64,000 nt of DNA from Candidatus Latescibacterota bacterium (GCA_964291625.2 OZ220090.1:992001-1056000), one strand, 5' to 3'. Positions 17,732-27,943 are shown, counted from the first letter of the stretch. The notes: a model not told the origin generated them from the sequence alone. Translations and numbers: made by a program.

Positions 17732-18919
17732 GTGAGAGTACGGCGTTCTGCGACGATGGCAGGGTTGCTGCTGGCCACTCTTGGCATGGCCTGTCAGGGC
17801 GGGCACGAGGCCCCCGAGCCAGGCGACCCCGGGTTTTCCGACGACCATGTCCTCTTCGGTCAGTCCGCCGCCTTCACCGGGCCGGCCCGGGAACTGGGCC
17901 AGGCGATGCGCCTGGGAATCGAGGCGGCCTTCCGCGAGGCCAACGAGGGCGGGGGCGTCCATGGCCGCGAGCTGAAGCTCAAGGCGCTGGATGACGGCTA
18001 CGAGACCGACTTCGCCGCTGCCAACACCCAACGGTTGATCGAAGATGAAGGGGTGTTCGCGCTGATCGGAGCGGTGGGCACGCCCACGTCCCGCGCCGCA
18101 TCACCGCTGGCCCAGGCGGCCGGGGTGCCCTTCCTGGCCCCGTTCACGGGGGCCGAGTTCCTGCGCGGCCCGGAGTTGGACCATGTCCTCAACCTCCGGG
18201 CCTCGTACTACCAGGAGACCGAGGAGATGGTGGCGCGGCTCACCGAGGACCTGGGGATCACCCGCGTGGCCGTCCTCTACCAGGATGATTCCTTCGGCCT
18301 GAACGGGCTGGAAGGCGCGCGACTGGCACTCGAGCGCCGGGGCCTGGAGCCGGCAGCGGCGGCCCACTACCCGCGCAACACCCGCGCCGTGAAGGGAGCC
18401 GCCCTCGAGATCACCGCGGCCAGGCCGGAAGCGGTGATCCTGATCGGCTCCTACATGCCGGTGGTCAAGACCATGGAGCTGGTGCGGCGGGAGCTGGACC
18501 CGGTCTTCATGACGGTCTCCTTCGTGGGGAGCAACGCCCTGGCGAAGGAGTTGGGGCCCGGAGGGGCCGGCGTGTACGTGACCCAGGTGGTTCCTCCCCC
18601 CGACGACGAGAGCATCCCCGTGGTGGCGCGCTACCACAGGGCCCTCTCCGGGTACGACCCCCGGGCGGAGCCCGGATTCGTCTCGCTGGAAGGCTACCTC
18701 GCCGGACGCCTGGCCGTGGCCGGTCTCGAGGCCTGCGGCCCCGACCTGAGTCGAGAGTGCCTTCTCCACGCGGTGCGAAATGCCGGCGCCATGGAGATCG
18801 ACGGCCTGCGGCTCCAATACGGGCCGGACGACAACCAGGGATCCGACGCCGTGTTCCTCACCGTGATCGGTACGGACGGCAGCTACCACGGAGTCGAGAG
18901 ACTCAGCGACCTGTACTAG
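17732..18919 (+). CDS. Periplasmic binding protein type 1 (branched-chain amino acid-like), probable lipoprotein
   Basis: Lipobox-like LGMA-C, GQSAAFTGP, LDDGYE, VGTPT, NLRASY; start uncertain (17708-17756). Confidence 0.85.
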   Translation: MRVRRSATMAGLLLATLGMACQGGHEAPEPGDPGFSDDHVLFGQSAAFTGPARELGQAMRLGIEAAFREANEGGGVHGRELKLKALDDGYETDFAAANTQRLIEDEGVFALIGAVGTPTSRAASPLAQAAGVPFLAPFTGAEFLRGPELDHVLNLRASYYQETEEMVARLTEDLGITRVAVLYQDDSFGLNGLEGARLALERRGLEPAAAAHYPRNTRAVKGAALEITAARPEAVILIGSYMPVVKTMELVRRELDPVFMTVSFVGSNALAKELGPGGAGVYVTQVVPPPDDESIPVVARYHRALSGYDPRAEPGFVSLEGYLAGRLAVAGLEACGPDLSRECLLHAVRNAGAMEIDGLRLQYGPDDNQGSDAVFLTVIGTDGSYHGVERLSDLY

Positions 18920-18961
18920 AGACCCCCAATAACGGCACCTACGGAGAGCTTCAGGATATCC

Positions 18962-20707
18962 ATGGAAGGCTTCTCGCTCCAGGCGATCGTGGATCTGTTC
19001 AGATTCGCCGAGCATACCCATGAACTGCACCAGTCGCTGTTGACCCTCGGGATGCTCATCATCGTCGCCAAGCTGGCCGAGGGGGTCTTCCGCAGGCTGC
19101 GGCTGAACTCCATCATCGCCTATGCGGCGACGGGCATGCTCCTCGGGCCGGTCATGGAACTGACCGGCCTCTGGTGGATCGAGTCCACGCTGCACCTCGA
19201 GCTGGTCCTGGCACTGGGTGTGTTCATCTTCTTCTTCCTCATCGGTCTGGACGAAGTGGACATCTCCAGTTTCATGTCGTCCCTCAAGGGCCACTACTTC
19301 CTCGCCGCCGTGCTCTCCGTGACCGTGTCGCTGAGCATTTCGATGCTGGTCACCACCGATCTGGTCTTCGATTTCGGACTGCAACTGAACTTCACCGAGT
19401 CCCTGGCGCTGGCCGGCGTGCTGTCCATGACCAGTCTGGGCATCGTGGCCAAGGTGCTGACGGACGGCGGATACCTGAAGCAGCCGGTTGGACTGCAGAT
19501 CTTCACGGTGGTGATCATCGCCGAGTTGATCGCCCTGCTGCTGATCGGCTTCAGCATCGGCGAGCACGCCCACCAGGTCTCGCCCTTGGGCATACTGATC
19601 CTGCTGGGCAAGGTGGCCGGTTTCTCGGTGGTGACCTGGGTATTGTCGTCGCGGGTGCTGCCGCCGTTGGTGGCGCTGTTGCAGCGGGTGATCCAGGTGC
19701 CGCAGCTCTCCCTGGGTCTGCTGCTCGGTATGCTCTTCCTGACGGTGTTCGGCGCGGAGTTGGTGGGCCTCCACGGATCACTCGGCGCCCTGCTGTTCGG
19801 GGCGTCGCTGTCGGGCCTTCCCTACCAGGTGCAGCGGGAGATCATCCCGGGGATTCGCAGCGTCGCCGAGGGGTTCTTCGTGCCCCTCTTCTTCGCCTCC
19901 GCCGGACTGAGCTTCAGCTTCACCTTCGTGACCCTGCCGCTGGAAGCCATGGCGGGGCTGGCGCTGATCCCGTTGCTCGGCAACTTCACCGGCGCCTTCA
20001 TCGGCGCCTACGTCTCCCGCCTCGCCGTCCCCTACGCCGTGGCCACCGGCCTGATGGGCAAGGGAGTGGCCGAGATCGCCCTGTTGCTGGTCATGTGGGA
20101 TTCCGGAATCATCGACGAGGTGGTTTTCTCGTTCCTGGTGCTGGTCATGTTCTGCTACATCCTGTTCATGCCGGCGGTGATCAACTTCGCCGTGGGCCGG
20201 GCCAGCCACAGGACCGACCTGCCGGCGCAACTCGACGACATTCCGTTGGGAATCGTCCGCTTCGCCCTGGAAGACATCAGAGTCGATGACATCCTGGACC
20301 GCTCCCATCCGCATCCGGCGCCTTCGGTCACGGTCCGTGACTTCACGGAGCAGTGGATCGTTCCCCACCAGCCCGACTACGTCGTGGCCGACAAGGGAAC
20401 GCTGGTGGGGATCGTCTCCCTGGAGATGCTCCGCTACCTGCCCAAGGACGCCTGGGGCAAGACCCGGCTCGACGCCGTGGTGCGCGGCCAGACCCCGTTG
20501 GCCCGGCCCGACGAGCACGTGGAAGACGTGCTGCAGCGCATGTCGGAGAGCTCTCTCTCCGTCATGCCCGTCGTGGAAAGGGACTCGGAGAGGTTCCTGG
20601 GCGCGGTCACCAGCAACGACATCATCCAGCTCATGACCATGGACACGATGGACGAGAGCCGTTCGCCGCGCGGGCCGGTCTCGGCGCGGTCTCGACAGAA
20701 TCCCTGA
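18962..20707 (+). CDS. Cation:proton antiporter (CPA) with C-terminal CBS pair
   Basis: About 12 hydrophobic segments, FLIGLDE, FFVPLFF, MGKG.AE, then CBS-like LVGIVS and FLGAVTSNDI. Confidence 0.85.
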   Translation: MEGFSLQAIVDLFRFAEHTHELHQSLLTLGMLIIVAKLAEGVFRRLRLNSIIAYAATGMLLGPVMELTGLWWIESTLHLELVLALGVFIFFFLIGLDEVDISSFMSSLKGHYFLAAVLSVTVSLSISMLVTTDLVFDFGLQLNFTESLALAGVLSMTSLGIVAKVLTDGGYLKQPVGLQIFTVVIIAELIALLLIGFSIGEHAHQVSPLGILILLGKVAGFSVVTWVLSSRVLPPLVALLQRVIQVPQLSLGLLLGMLFLTVFGAELVGLHGSLGALLFGASLSGLPYQVQREIIPGIRSVAEGFFVPLFFASAGLSFSFTFVTLPLEAMAGLALIPLLGNFTGAFIGAYVSRLAVPYAVATGLMGKGVAEIALLLVMWDSGIIDEVVFSFLVLVMFCYILFMPAVINFAVGRASHRTDLPAQLDDIPLGIVRFALEDIRVDDILDRSHPHPAPSVTVRDFTEQWIVPHQPDYVVADKGTLVGIVSLEMLRYLPKDAWGKTRLDAVVRGQTPLARPDEHVEDVLQRMSESSLSVMPVVERDSERFLGAVTSNDIIQLMTMDTMDESRSPRGPVSARSRQNP

Positions 20708-20719
20708 GGCGACCGCCTG

Positions 20720-20735
20720 CCCCGCCATGGCGGGG
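20720..20735. terminator. Perfect 16-bp palindrome between convergent genes
   Basis: ccccgccatggcgggg just after the antiporter stop; no U-tract. Confidence 0.35.
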
Positions 20736-20892
20736 TGCTCACCAGCGCCGTCGCGGCCGCCAACGGCGCCCCATGGACGAGTGAGGTGTGGATCGATCCG
20801 CCGCGCCGGGGGGTCGACCTGTGCGAAACGCCTTGCCGGCGACGCCCGCTGCGCGCGGAGAGGGCTGAGGGAAGTCCCGCCGGAGAGGCGGG

Positions 20893-21915
20893 TCAGGAGC
20901 CCAGGCGGCCGGCGGCGGCCAGGACCTCGGCGATCTGGACGGCGTTGAGAGCGGCGCCCTTGCGCAGCTGATCGCCGCAGAGGAACATGCTCACGCTGGT
21001 GCCGTCGGGCCGCGACAGGTCCTGGCGGATGCGGCCCACGAGCACCTCGTCGCGGCCGCTGGCCTCCAGGGGCATGGGGAAGTGGTTGGCCTCGCGGTCG
21101 TCGACGAGAGCCACCCCCGGCGCCTCTTCCAGAATCCCCCGCACCTCCGCCTCGCTCACCGGCCCCTCGAACTCGACGGTCATCGCCTCGGAGTGGGCCC
21201 GCAGGATGGGGACGCGCACGCACGTGGGCGCCACCAGGATCGACTCCTCGTGGAACATCTTGCGCGTCTCCCGGATCATCTTCACCTCCTCCTCGCAGTA
21301 ACCGTCGGCGTCGATCTCGGTGTTGTGCGAGAACAGGTTGAAGGCGATGGGGTACGGCAGCTCGCGGGGCACGGCCGGCCGGTCGTGAAGCACGTCCCGC
21401 GTCTGCTCCACCAGCTCCTCCATGGCGGGGGCGCCGGCGCCGGAGATCGCCTGGTAGGTGGAGACGATCACGCGGCGCACCCGGTGGGCCCGGTGCAGGG
21501 GCCACAGGGGAACGACCATGATGATGGTGGAGCAGTTCGGGTTGGCGACGATGCCCCGGTGGGCGCCGAGGTCGCCGGGATTGACCTCGGGCACGACGAG
21601 AGGCACTTCCGGGTCCATGCGGAAGGCGGAGGTGTTGTCCACGACCACGGCGCCGGCCGCCACCGCCGCGGGCGCGTACCGCCGGCTGAGGCTGCCGCCG
21701 GCCGATGACAGCACCAGGTCGATGCCGGCGAAGGAGTTCTCCGTCAGCTCCTGCACCGTCAGGCTCTCGCCGCGGTAGTCGATCTGCCGGCCGGCGGAGC
21801 GGCTGGAGGCCAGCAGGCGCAGCTCCTTCACCGGGAAGTCGCGCTCGGCCAGGATCTCCAGCATCACCCGGCCCACGGCGCCGGTGGCGCCCATGACGGC
21901 GACGTCCCAGCTCAC
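20893..21915 (-). CDS. asd: Aspartate-semialdehyde dehydrogenase
   Basis: GATGAVG, DNTSAFRM, ANPNCST, TYQAISGAG, DQLRKGAALNAVQIAE. Confidence 0.97.
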   Translation of the reverse strand: MSWDVAVMGATGAVGRVMLEILAERDFPVKELRLLASSRSAGRQIDYRGESLTVQELTENSFAGIDLVLSSAGGSLSRRYAPAAVAAGAVVVDNTSAFRMDPEVPLVVPEVNPGDLGAHRGIVANPNCSTIIMVVPLWPLHRAHRVRRVIVSTYQAISGAGAPAMEELVEQTRDVLHDRPAVPRELPYPIAFNLFSHNTEIDADGYCEEEVKMIRETRKMFHEESILVAPTCVRVPILRAHSEAMTVEFEGPVSEAEVRGILEEAPGVALVDDREANHFPMPLEASGRDEVLVGRIRQDLSRPDGTSVSMFLCGDQLRKGAALNAVQIAEVLAAAGRLGS

Positions 21916-23210
21916 AGGTCCTGCATCCGGATCAGGCGGGCGCCGCGGGTCACCATGGGCAGGGCGTCGATCGCCCCCACCGCCTGCTGCATGGCCCGCT
22001 CCCGCGCCTCGTGGGTGACGATCACGAGGGGCACGGCGCCGCCCTCGAGGTCGCGCTCCTTCTGCAGCACCGAGGCGATGCTGATGCCCTCCCGGGCGAG
22101 GATGCGGGCGATCTGCTCGAGGACGCCGGGGCGGTCCTCCACCAGCACCCGCAGGAAGTAGCGCATCTCCACGTCGCAGATGTCGGCGAAGCCCACGGCC
22201 TCCTCGCCGAGGATCATGTCCTCGATGGAGGTCGAGGCCTTCCGCCGGCGGCGCTCGGCCAGCTCCACGAGATCGGAGACCACGGCGCTCGCCGTGGGCA
22301 TGCGGCCGGCGCCGGCGCCGGAGAACACCTGGGTGCCCACGGCGCTGCCCACGACCTCGATGGCGTTGAACTCGTCCTGGATGTTGGCCAGCTGCGAGTC
22401 GGCGGGGACCATCACCGGGTGCACGCGGGCCTCCACGAGGCCGCCGTCGGCTTGCCGGGCGATGGCCAGGAGCTTGATGGCGAAGCCCAGCTCGCGGGCG
22501 AACTCGATGTCGCTGGCCTCGATGCCCTCGATCCCCTCGCAGTAGATGTCGGCCGGCGTGCCCCGCGTGTGGAAGGCGATGCGGCTGAGGATGGCGAGCT
22601 TGGCGGCGGCGTCGGCGCCGCTCACGTCGGCCGTCGGATCGGGCTCGGCGTACCCGGCGGCCTGGGCCTGGGCCAGGATCCCTGCATAGTCGCCCTCGCC
22701 GCGGGCCATGCGCGTGAGGATGTAGTTCGTGGTGCCGTTGAGGATGCCGTAGAGGCTCTCCACGTGGTTGGCCACCAGACCGTTGCGCAGGGAGCGGATG
22801 ATCGGGATGCCGCCGGCGACGCTGGCCTCGAAGAGCAGGTCCACGTCGCCCTCGGCGGCCAGGTCGAACAACTCGTCGCCGTGCCCGGCGATGACCGCCT
22901 TGTTGGCGGTGACCACGTGCTTGCCCGCCTGCAGGGCCTGGCGGATCCAGCCGAAGGCCCCCGGCGCCCCGGTCAGCTCGACCACCACCTGCACCGCCGG
23001 GTCGGAGATCACCCCCTCGGCGTCGCCGGTCACCACGCCCGGGGCGAGCTGCACGTCCCGGGGCTTGCCGGGGTCGCGCACGGCCACCCGCCGCACCTCG
23101 AAGCTGGCCTTGCGGCGGCGCACGGCCGCGGGCGCCTCGCGCAGGAGCTGCACGACGCCGGTGCCGACCGTGCCCAGGCCGATGAGGCCGATGCCGAGGG
23201 ATGCGCTCAT
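21912..23210 (-). CDS. hom: Homoserine dehydrogenase with ACT domain
   Basis: GLGTVGTG, VVTANK, EASVAGGIP, NGTTNYIL, GYAEPDP, C-terminal DRPGVL. Confidence 0.97.
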   Translation of the reverse strand: MSASLGIGLIGLGTVGTGVVQLLREAPAAVRRRKASFEVRRVAVRDPGKPRDVQLAPGVVTGDAEGVISDPAVQVVVELTGAPGAFGWIRQALQAGKHVVTANKAVIAGHGDELFDLAAEGDVDLLFEASVAGGIPIIRSLRNGLVANHVESLYGILNGTTNYILTRMARGEGDYAGILAQAQAAGYAEPDPTADVSGADAAAKLAILSRIAFHTRGTPADIYCEGIEGIEASDIEFARELGFAIKLLAIARQADGGLVEARVHPVMVPADSQLANIQDEFNAIEVVGSAVGTQVFSGAGAGRMPTASAVVSDLVELAERRRRKASTSIEDMILGEEAVGFADICDVEMRYFLRVLVEDRPGVLEQIARILAREGISIASVLQKERDLEGGAVPLVIVTHEARERAMQQAVGAIDALPMVTRGARLIRMQDL

Positions 23211-23553
23211 GGCCTGGCGGGGGCCCGCACCTCGGACGGGGCCCGGGGGCTCCGGGAGCCCGTCCGGACATCCGGGCCGGCGCCCGCGCCCGAAGGCCCT
23301 CGGCGGCGGCGCGGAGCGGAGCGGCCCTCGGGGCCGGTGGAGTGACACCTCTCGGCGGTCATCTGCGAATCGTTCGGCTCGGTGTGGGGGTTGCGGTCGG
23401 CCGCCCGACGAGGCGCGGTGCGGCAGAACGGCACAAGCGGTTCCAAGTTACCGGGGGCTCAGAATACCGTCAATCAGAGGCCGCCCCTGGGCGCAGGGCC
23501 CTTCGTTGCCGCCCCGGACGGCGGCGGGTAGGTTGATTCGGGAGGAGAGTCAA

Positions 23554-24510
23554 GTGAGAGGATTCCGCCGCATCGCCGTCGCCACTACGGCCGCAACCTA
23601 CCTGCTGATCGCGGTGGGGGGCTTCGTCCGCGCCGCCGGCGCCGGCCTCGGATGCCCCGACTGGCCGCGGTGCTTCGGGCGCTGGATCCCGCCCACCGAC
23701 GTGAGCCAGCTGCCGCCGGAGATCGACCCCGAGAGGTTCGACTTCGCCCTCGCCTGGATCGAGTACGTCAACCGCCTCCTGGGCGTCGTCGTGGGGCTGC
23801 TGATCGTGGCCGTAGCGGCCGCCGCCTGGCGCGTGCACCGCCGCCGGCCCGCCATCCTGCGGCCGGCCCTGGCGGTGGTCGCGCTCGTCGCCTTCCAGGG
23901 GTGGTTCGGCGGCCAGGTGGTGGCCCACGAGCTCGACCCGAGGCTGGTCACCGTCCACCTCTTCGTGGCCCTCGCCATCGTCGGCCTGCTCCTGCACCTG
24001 GTTGTGCAGGGCTTCGACGCCGAGGGCGGCCGCCTGCCGCGTCCCCCGGCCGGGGCCGCTCCCCTGTTCCGGGTCGCCCTGGTGGTCCTGGCGGCGGCGG
24101 TGGTGCAGGTGATGCTCGGCGCCTTCCTGCGCGGCGGCCTGGAGGGGGTGGTGGCTGCAGACCCGGACCTGGAGCGCTCCCGGCTTCTCGGCCGCGTCGG
24201 CGCGGCGGACGAGGTCCACAAGACCGGCGCCCTCGTCGTCGCCCTGCTGTGCGGCTGGCTGTTGTGGCAGGCCCAGGTCCGCCTGCCGGAGAGCCCCGGT
24301 CTGCGGCGGCTGCTGCAGGCGCCCGCCTGGCTCACCCTGGCGCAGATCGCCGCCGGCCTGGGCCTGACCTCCCTCGCCCTGCCCCCGGTCCTGCAGCTGG
24401 CGCACCTCGTCCTGGGGAGCCTGTTGTTCGGCTGTCTGGTGTTGTCCGTGCTGCTCCTGGCCCCGGCCCGTGGAAGCCCCCCGGGGCAGCCTGAGGCGGG
24501 TTCCCCTTGA
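23554..24510 (+). CDS. ctaA: Heme A synthase (COX15/CtaA)
   Basis: AGLGCPDWPRC, WIEYVNR, QGWFGG, conserved His residues in about 8 TM helices. Confidence 0.85.
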   Translation: MRGFRRIAVATTAATYLLIAVGGFVRAAGAGLGCPDWPRCFGRWIPPTDVSQLPPEIDPERFDFALAWIEYVNRLLGVVVGLLIVAVAAAAWRVHRRRPAILRPALAVVALVAFQGWFGGQVVAHELDPRLVTVHLFVALAIVGLLLHLVVQGFDAEGGRLPRPPAGAAPLFRVALVVLAAAVVQVMLGAFLRGGLEGVVAADPDLERSRLLGRVGAADEVHKTGALVVALLCGWLLWQAQVRLPESPGLRRLLQAPAWLTLAQIAAGLGLTSLALPPVLQLAHLVLGSLLFGCLVLSVLLLAPARGSPPGQPEAGSP

Positions 24511-25010
24511 GAGCAGCCCGCGGCATCCTGCCGATCCTGCTCGTATGGGGGGCAGGTGCCCAGGCTCAACTCGCCGCGCCCGACTCTGTCTGGAGCGACG
24601 AGGAGTGCTGGTCCATGGCCGCCGAGGAGCCGACGGATGCCCAGGGGGACTTCGTCTGTCTGTGCTGGACCACCGTCGAGGAGGCCGACTCGTATCGCGT
24701 CTGGCGGGAAGTCATGGTCACCCAGGGCCAGGACGAGGCCGGCAACATCGTGGAGCTGGACACGCCGAAGGTGGCCTGGGTGTCGTGGGGAAAGGTGGCT
24801 CGACCGGAGGACCAGGGGCCGGTCCTCTGCGCCAGGATAGCCAGCCTCGATGGTGAGCCCACCCGATGGGGCGTGTCCAGCGTCCGGGACGAAGAGGACT
24901 CGGAGCCGACGACGGCGGGCGACACGGAAACGGCCGTCCGGCGGACCGGCTGGGGTCAGGTCAAGGAACTCCTCAGAGCCGCAGCCGGCCGGGATTGGCG
25001 TAGACGTTGA
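24507..25010 (+). CDS. Secreted hypothetical protein with C-terminal TAV..WGxxK motif
   Basis: Signal peptide (ILPILLVWGAGAQA), acidic beta-rich core, TAVRRTGWGQVK near the C-terminus. Confidence 0.65.
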   Translation: MRAARGILPILLVWGAGAQAQLAAPDSVWSDEECWSMAAEEPTDAQGDFVCLCWTTVEEADSYRVWREVMVTQGQDEAGNIVELDTPKVAWVSWGKVARPEDQGPVLCARIASLDGEPTRWGVSSVRDEEDSEPTTAGDTETAVRRTGWGQVKELLRAAAGRDWRRR

Positions 25011-25803
25011 ACCCCCGGCCGCGGACGAACCCCGCGAGGGTGACCCCGGCTTCGAGGGCCAGGTCGACGGCCAGGCTCGACGGGCCGGAGACCGAGGCGA
25101 TGAAGCCGATCCCCGCCAGACGCGCCTTCTGCACGATCTCGAAGCTGGTGCGGCCGCTGACCATGAGGATCGACGCCGGGGGCGGCCAGCGGCCGGCGGC
25201 GACGTAGTGGCCCACGAGCTTGTCCACGGCGTTGTGACGGCCCACGTCCTCGCGCAGGGCCAGCAGCTCGCCGGCGGGGTCGAAGAGGCCGGCGGCGTGG
25301 AGGGAGCCGGTGCGCTCGAACTGGTCCTGGGCGGTGCGCAGCCGGTCGGGCAGGCCGTGGAGGGTCTCGCCGGCCACCTCGAAGTCGGCCAGGTCCCGGC
25401 GGGCCTGGAGGCGGACCTGGTCGATGCTGGCCTTGCCGCAGACCCCGCAGCTGGAGGTGGCGTAGAAGTTGCGCTTTATCCCGGCGCCGTCGAAGGGGAC
25501 GCCGTCGGCGAGGCGCACGTCGACAACGTTGCGCTCGTTCGGCGGCGACGCCGAGGGGCAGTAGGAGAGGGTGCCGAGAGCGGCCGGCTCGGGGAGGATC
25601 GCCTCGGTGAGCAGGAACCCGGCCACCAGATCGAAGTCGTCGCCGGGGGTGCGCATGACCACGGCCACCGGCTCGTCGTCGATGCGGATCTCCAGGGGCT
25701 CCTCGACGGTCACCGCGTCCGGCTCCGGATCCGCGGCGGCGCCGTCGCGCACGACCACGCGCCGGCGCTCGGCCAGGCCCTGGGCGGACGAGGCCGGCTT
25801 CAC
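24973..25803 (-). CDS. fdhD: Formate dehydrogenase accessory sulfurtransferase
   Basis: EEPLEI, MRTPG, SSCGVCGK, TGSLHAA, EDVGRHNAVDK. Confidence 0.95.
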   Translation of the reverse strand: MKPASSAQGLAERRRVVVRDGAAADPEPDAVTVEEPLEIRIDDEPVAVVMRTPGDDFDLVAGFLLTEAILPEPAALGTLSYCPSASPPNERNVVDVRLADGVPFDGAGIKRNFYATSSCGVCGKASIDQVRLQARRDLADFEVAGETLHGLPDRLRTAQDQFERTGSLHAAGLFDPAGELLALREDVGRHNAVDKLVGHYVAAGRWPPPASILMVSGRTSFEIVQKARLAGIGFIASVSGPSSLAVDLALEAGVTLAGFVRGRGFNVYANPGRLRL

Positions 25804-26018
25804 GCGGAACGCCTCCGGCGAGGGGCGGTGAGGGTTTCCGCCTTCGACGGCGCAACCACCCGCGTCCGGACGGGAGGTGCCTCGGCGAGGTTGTCTGCTG
25901 GACCGGGGAAGGGATGCACGGGCTCAAGAAGCCAATCGGCGGGACGGGAGGTACGGGGCGAATCTACCTTGACCCCCGGCGCCCTGCAATCGCCCCGGCG
26001 GCGGACGGGAGGGGCTGA

Positions 26019-27929
26019 ATGACGGCCTTCCTCGAGGCCCTGCGAAAGGGCCCCCTGCTGGCCGACGGAGCCATGGGCTCCTACCTCTTCGAGCTGACCG
26101 GCCGCCTGTCGGAGGAGAACCACGTGTACGAGGCCTTCGGCGCCGACCGGCCGGAGGTCCTGCGGCAGGTCGGCCTCGCCTACCTGCAGGCCGGCAGCCG
26201 CTGCCTGACCACCAACACCTTCGCCGGCAACCACGCCTGCCTGGCCGCCGCCGGCCTGGGCCACCGCACCGCCGAGCTGAGCGCCGCCGCCGCCGCCGTC
26301 GCCCGCGACGCCATCGACGAGTACTGCCGCGCCGCCGGCGAGGACCGGGAGCGGTTCTTCGTCCTCGGCTCCGTGGGCCCGACCCCGGCCGGGGACGAGT
26401 CCGGCGACGCCCTGGACGAGGCCTACGCCGACCACCTCGCCGCCCTCGTCGCCGGCGGCGTCGACGCCCTCCTGCTGGAGACCTTCCGCTCCCTCGATCA
26501 GCTCCTCGGGGTGCTGAACCTCGTCTCCCGGCAGGCCCCGGGACTTCCGGTGATCGCGCAGATGGCCCTGCAGCAGGACGGCGAAGGCTGGTCCGTCGAC
26601 CCTCTCGTCTTCGCCCGCGGCGCCGCCGACGCCGGGGCCCACGTGATCGGCATCAACTGCTGCACCCCCTGGGAGGCGGAGCGGTTCGTGGCGCAGGCGG
26701 CGGGCTCCGAGGAAGCGGCCGACCGGCAGCTGCTGCTCTCGGCCATGCCCAACGCCGGCGGCTTCCAGCACATCGGCAACCGCTACATGACGCGGGTCAA
26801 CCCGGAGTTCATGGGGCGCCTGGGGCGCACCCTCTGCGAGTCGGGGGCCAGTCTGGTGGGCGGCTGCTGCGAGATCCACCCGCCCCACGTGGCCGAGATG
26901 GCCAGCTACCTGCGGAGCCGCGCCGCCGGCGCCCGGTCCGTCGCGGTCGAGTGGACCGGCGAGCACCCTCCCGCGAGCCGTGAGACCAAGGCCGGCAACG
27001 GGGGCTTCTCCCGCAGGATCTTCGGCGGCGGGTTCGCCGTCAGCGTCGAGCTCCTGCCGCCGCGGGGGACGGCGCCGAAGCAGCTGCAGGGCCGCGTCGA
27101 CTTCGTCGGCCGCCTGGCCGCCTCGGGACTGGCCGACGCCCTCGACATCACCGACGGCTCGCGGGGCATCCCGCTCATGCCTCCGGGGGACTTCGTGCAC
27201 CTCCTGCGCCGGCGCCTCGGCTGGTCCGCCGACGAGGGCGACGGCCTCGAGCTGATCCCCCACTTCACCTCCCGGGACCTGAACCTGATGGGCGTGCAGG
27301 CGCGGCTGATCGGCTACTGGGCCAACCGCATCCACAACGTCCTCTTCATCACCGGCGACCCCCCCAAGATGGCGCCCACCTACCCGCGTTCGACGGCGGT
27401 CTTCGACATCGACTCGGTGGAGATGGTGCGGCTGACCCACACACGGCTGAACGCCGGTCTCGACTTCGGCGGCCAGCCCCTCGGCCGCCACCGGGACCCG
27501 CGCACCCGCTTCACCATCGGCACCGGCTTCGAGCCGGAGGCCCCCGCCCGCGAGCGCGAGCTGGACAAGCTCCGGCGCAAGGTCGACGCCGGCGCCGACT
27601 ACGTCATGACCCAGCCCGTCTTCCGCCGGGAGGCGCTGAACGGCCTGGAGCCCTTCCGGGAGCGGGTGGCGGTCCTGGCGGGGGTGCTCGTCCTGCGGGG
27701 GCTGGACCACGCCCTGCGCATGCGCGCCGTGCCGGGGATGGTCGTGCCCGACGAGGTGGTGGAGCGCCTGGGCGCAAGCCGGGAGGCGGACGACCAGGCC
27801 CGGGTGGGGGCGGAGATCGCCGCCGGGCAGATCCGGCGCCTGCGCGCCGAGGGATGGTCCGGGGTCTACCTCATGTCGCCGGCCGGACACGGACCCGTCC
27901 TCGAGGTGCTGGCCGCCGGCCTCGGGTAG
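26019..27929 (+). CDS. yitJ: Bifunctional homocysteine S-methyltransferase / methylenetetrahydrofolate reductase
   Basis: DGAMG, TNTF, GINC and GGCC Zn ligands, then VELLPP, ITGDPP, MTQP. Confidence 0.9.
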   Translation: MTAFLEALRKGPLLADGAMGSYLFELTGRLSEENHVYEAFGADRPEVLRQVGLAYLQAGSRCLTTNTFAGNHACLAAAGLGHRTAELSAAAAAVARDAIDEYCRAAGEDRERFFVLGSVGPTPAGDESGDALDEAYADHLAALVAGGVDALLLETFRSLDQLLGVLNLVSRQAPGLPVIAQMALQQDGEGWSVDPLVFARGAADAGAHVIGINCCTPWEAERFVAQAAGSEEAADRQLLLSAMPNAGGFQHIGNRYMTRVNPEFMGRLGRTLCESGASLVGGCCEIHPPHVAEMASYLRSRAAGARSVAVEWTGEHPPASRETKAGNGGFSRRIFGGGFAVSVELLPPRGTAPKQLQGRVDFVGRLAASGLADALDITDGSRGIPLMPPGDFVHLLRRRLGWSADEGDGLELIPHFTSRDLNLMGVQARLIGYWANRIHNVLFITGDPPKMAPTYPRSTAVFDIDSVEMVRLTHTRLNAGLDFGGQPLGRHRDPRTRFTIGTGFEPEAPARERELDKLRRKVDAGADYVMTQPVFRREALNGLEPFRERVAVLAGVLVLRGLDHALRMRAVPGMVVPDEVVERLGASREADDQARVGAEIAAGQIRRLRAEGWSGVYLMSPAGHGPVLEVLAAGLG

Positions 27930-27943
27930 AGTCCCCGCGCGAG

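Noticed and set aside
25804-26018. SAM riboswitch upstream of the yitJ-like gene
   Set aside because: Expected by context, but I could not find the SAM-I core consensus; needs an Rfam scan
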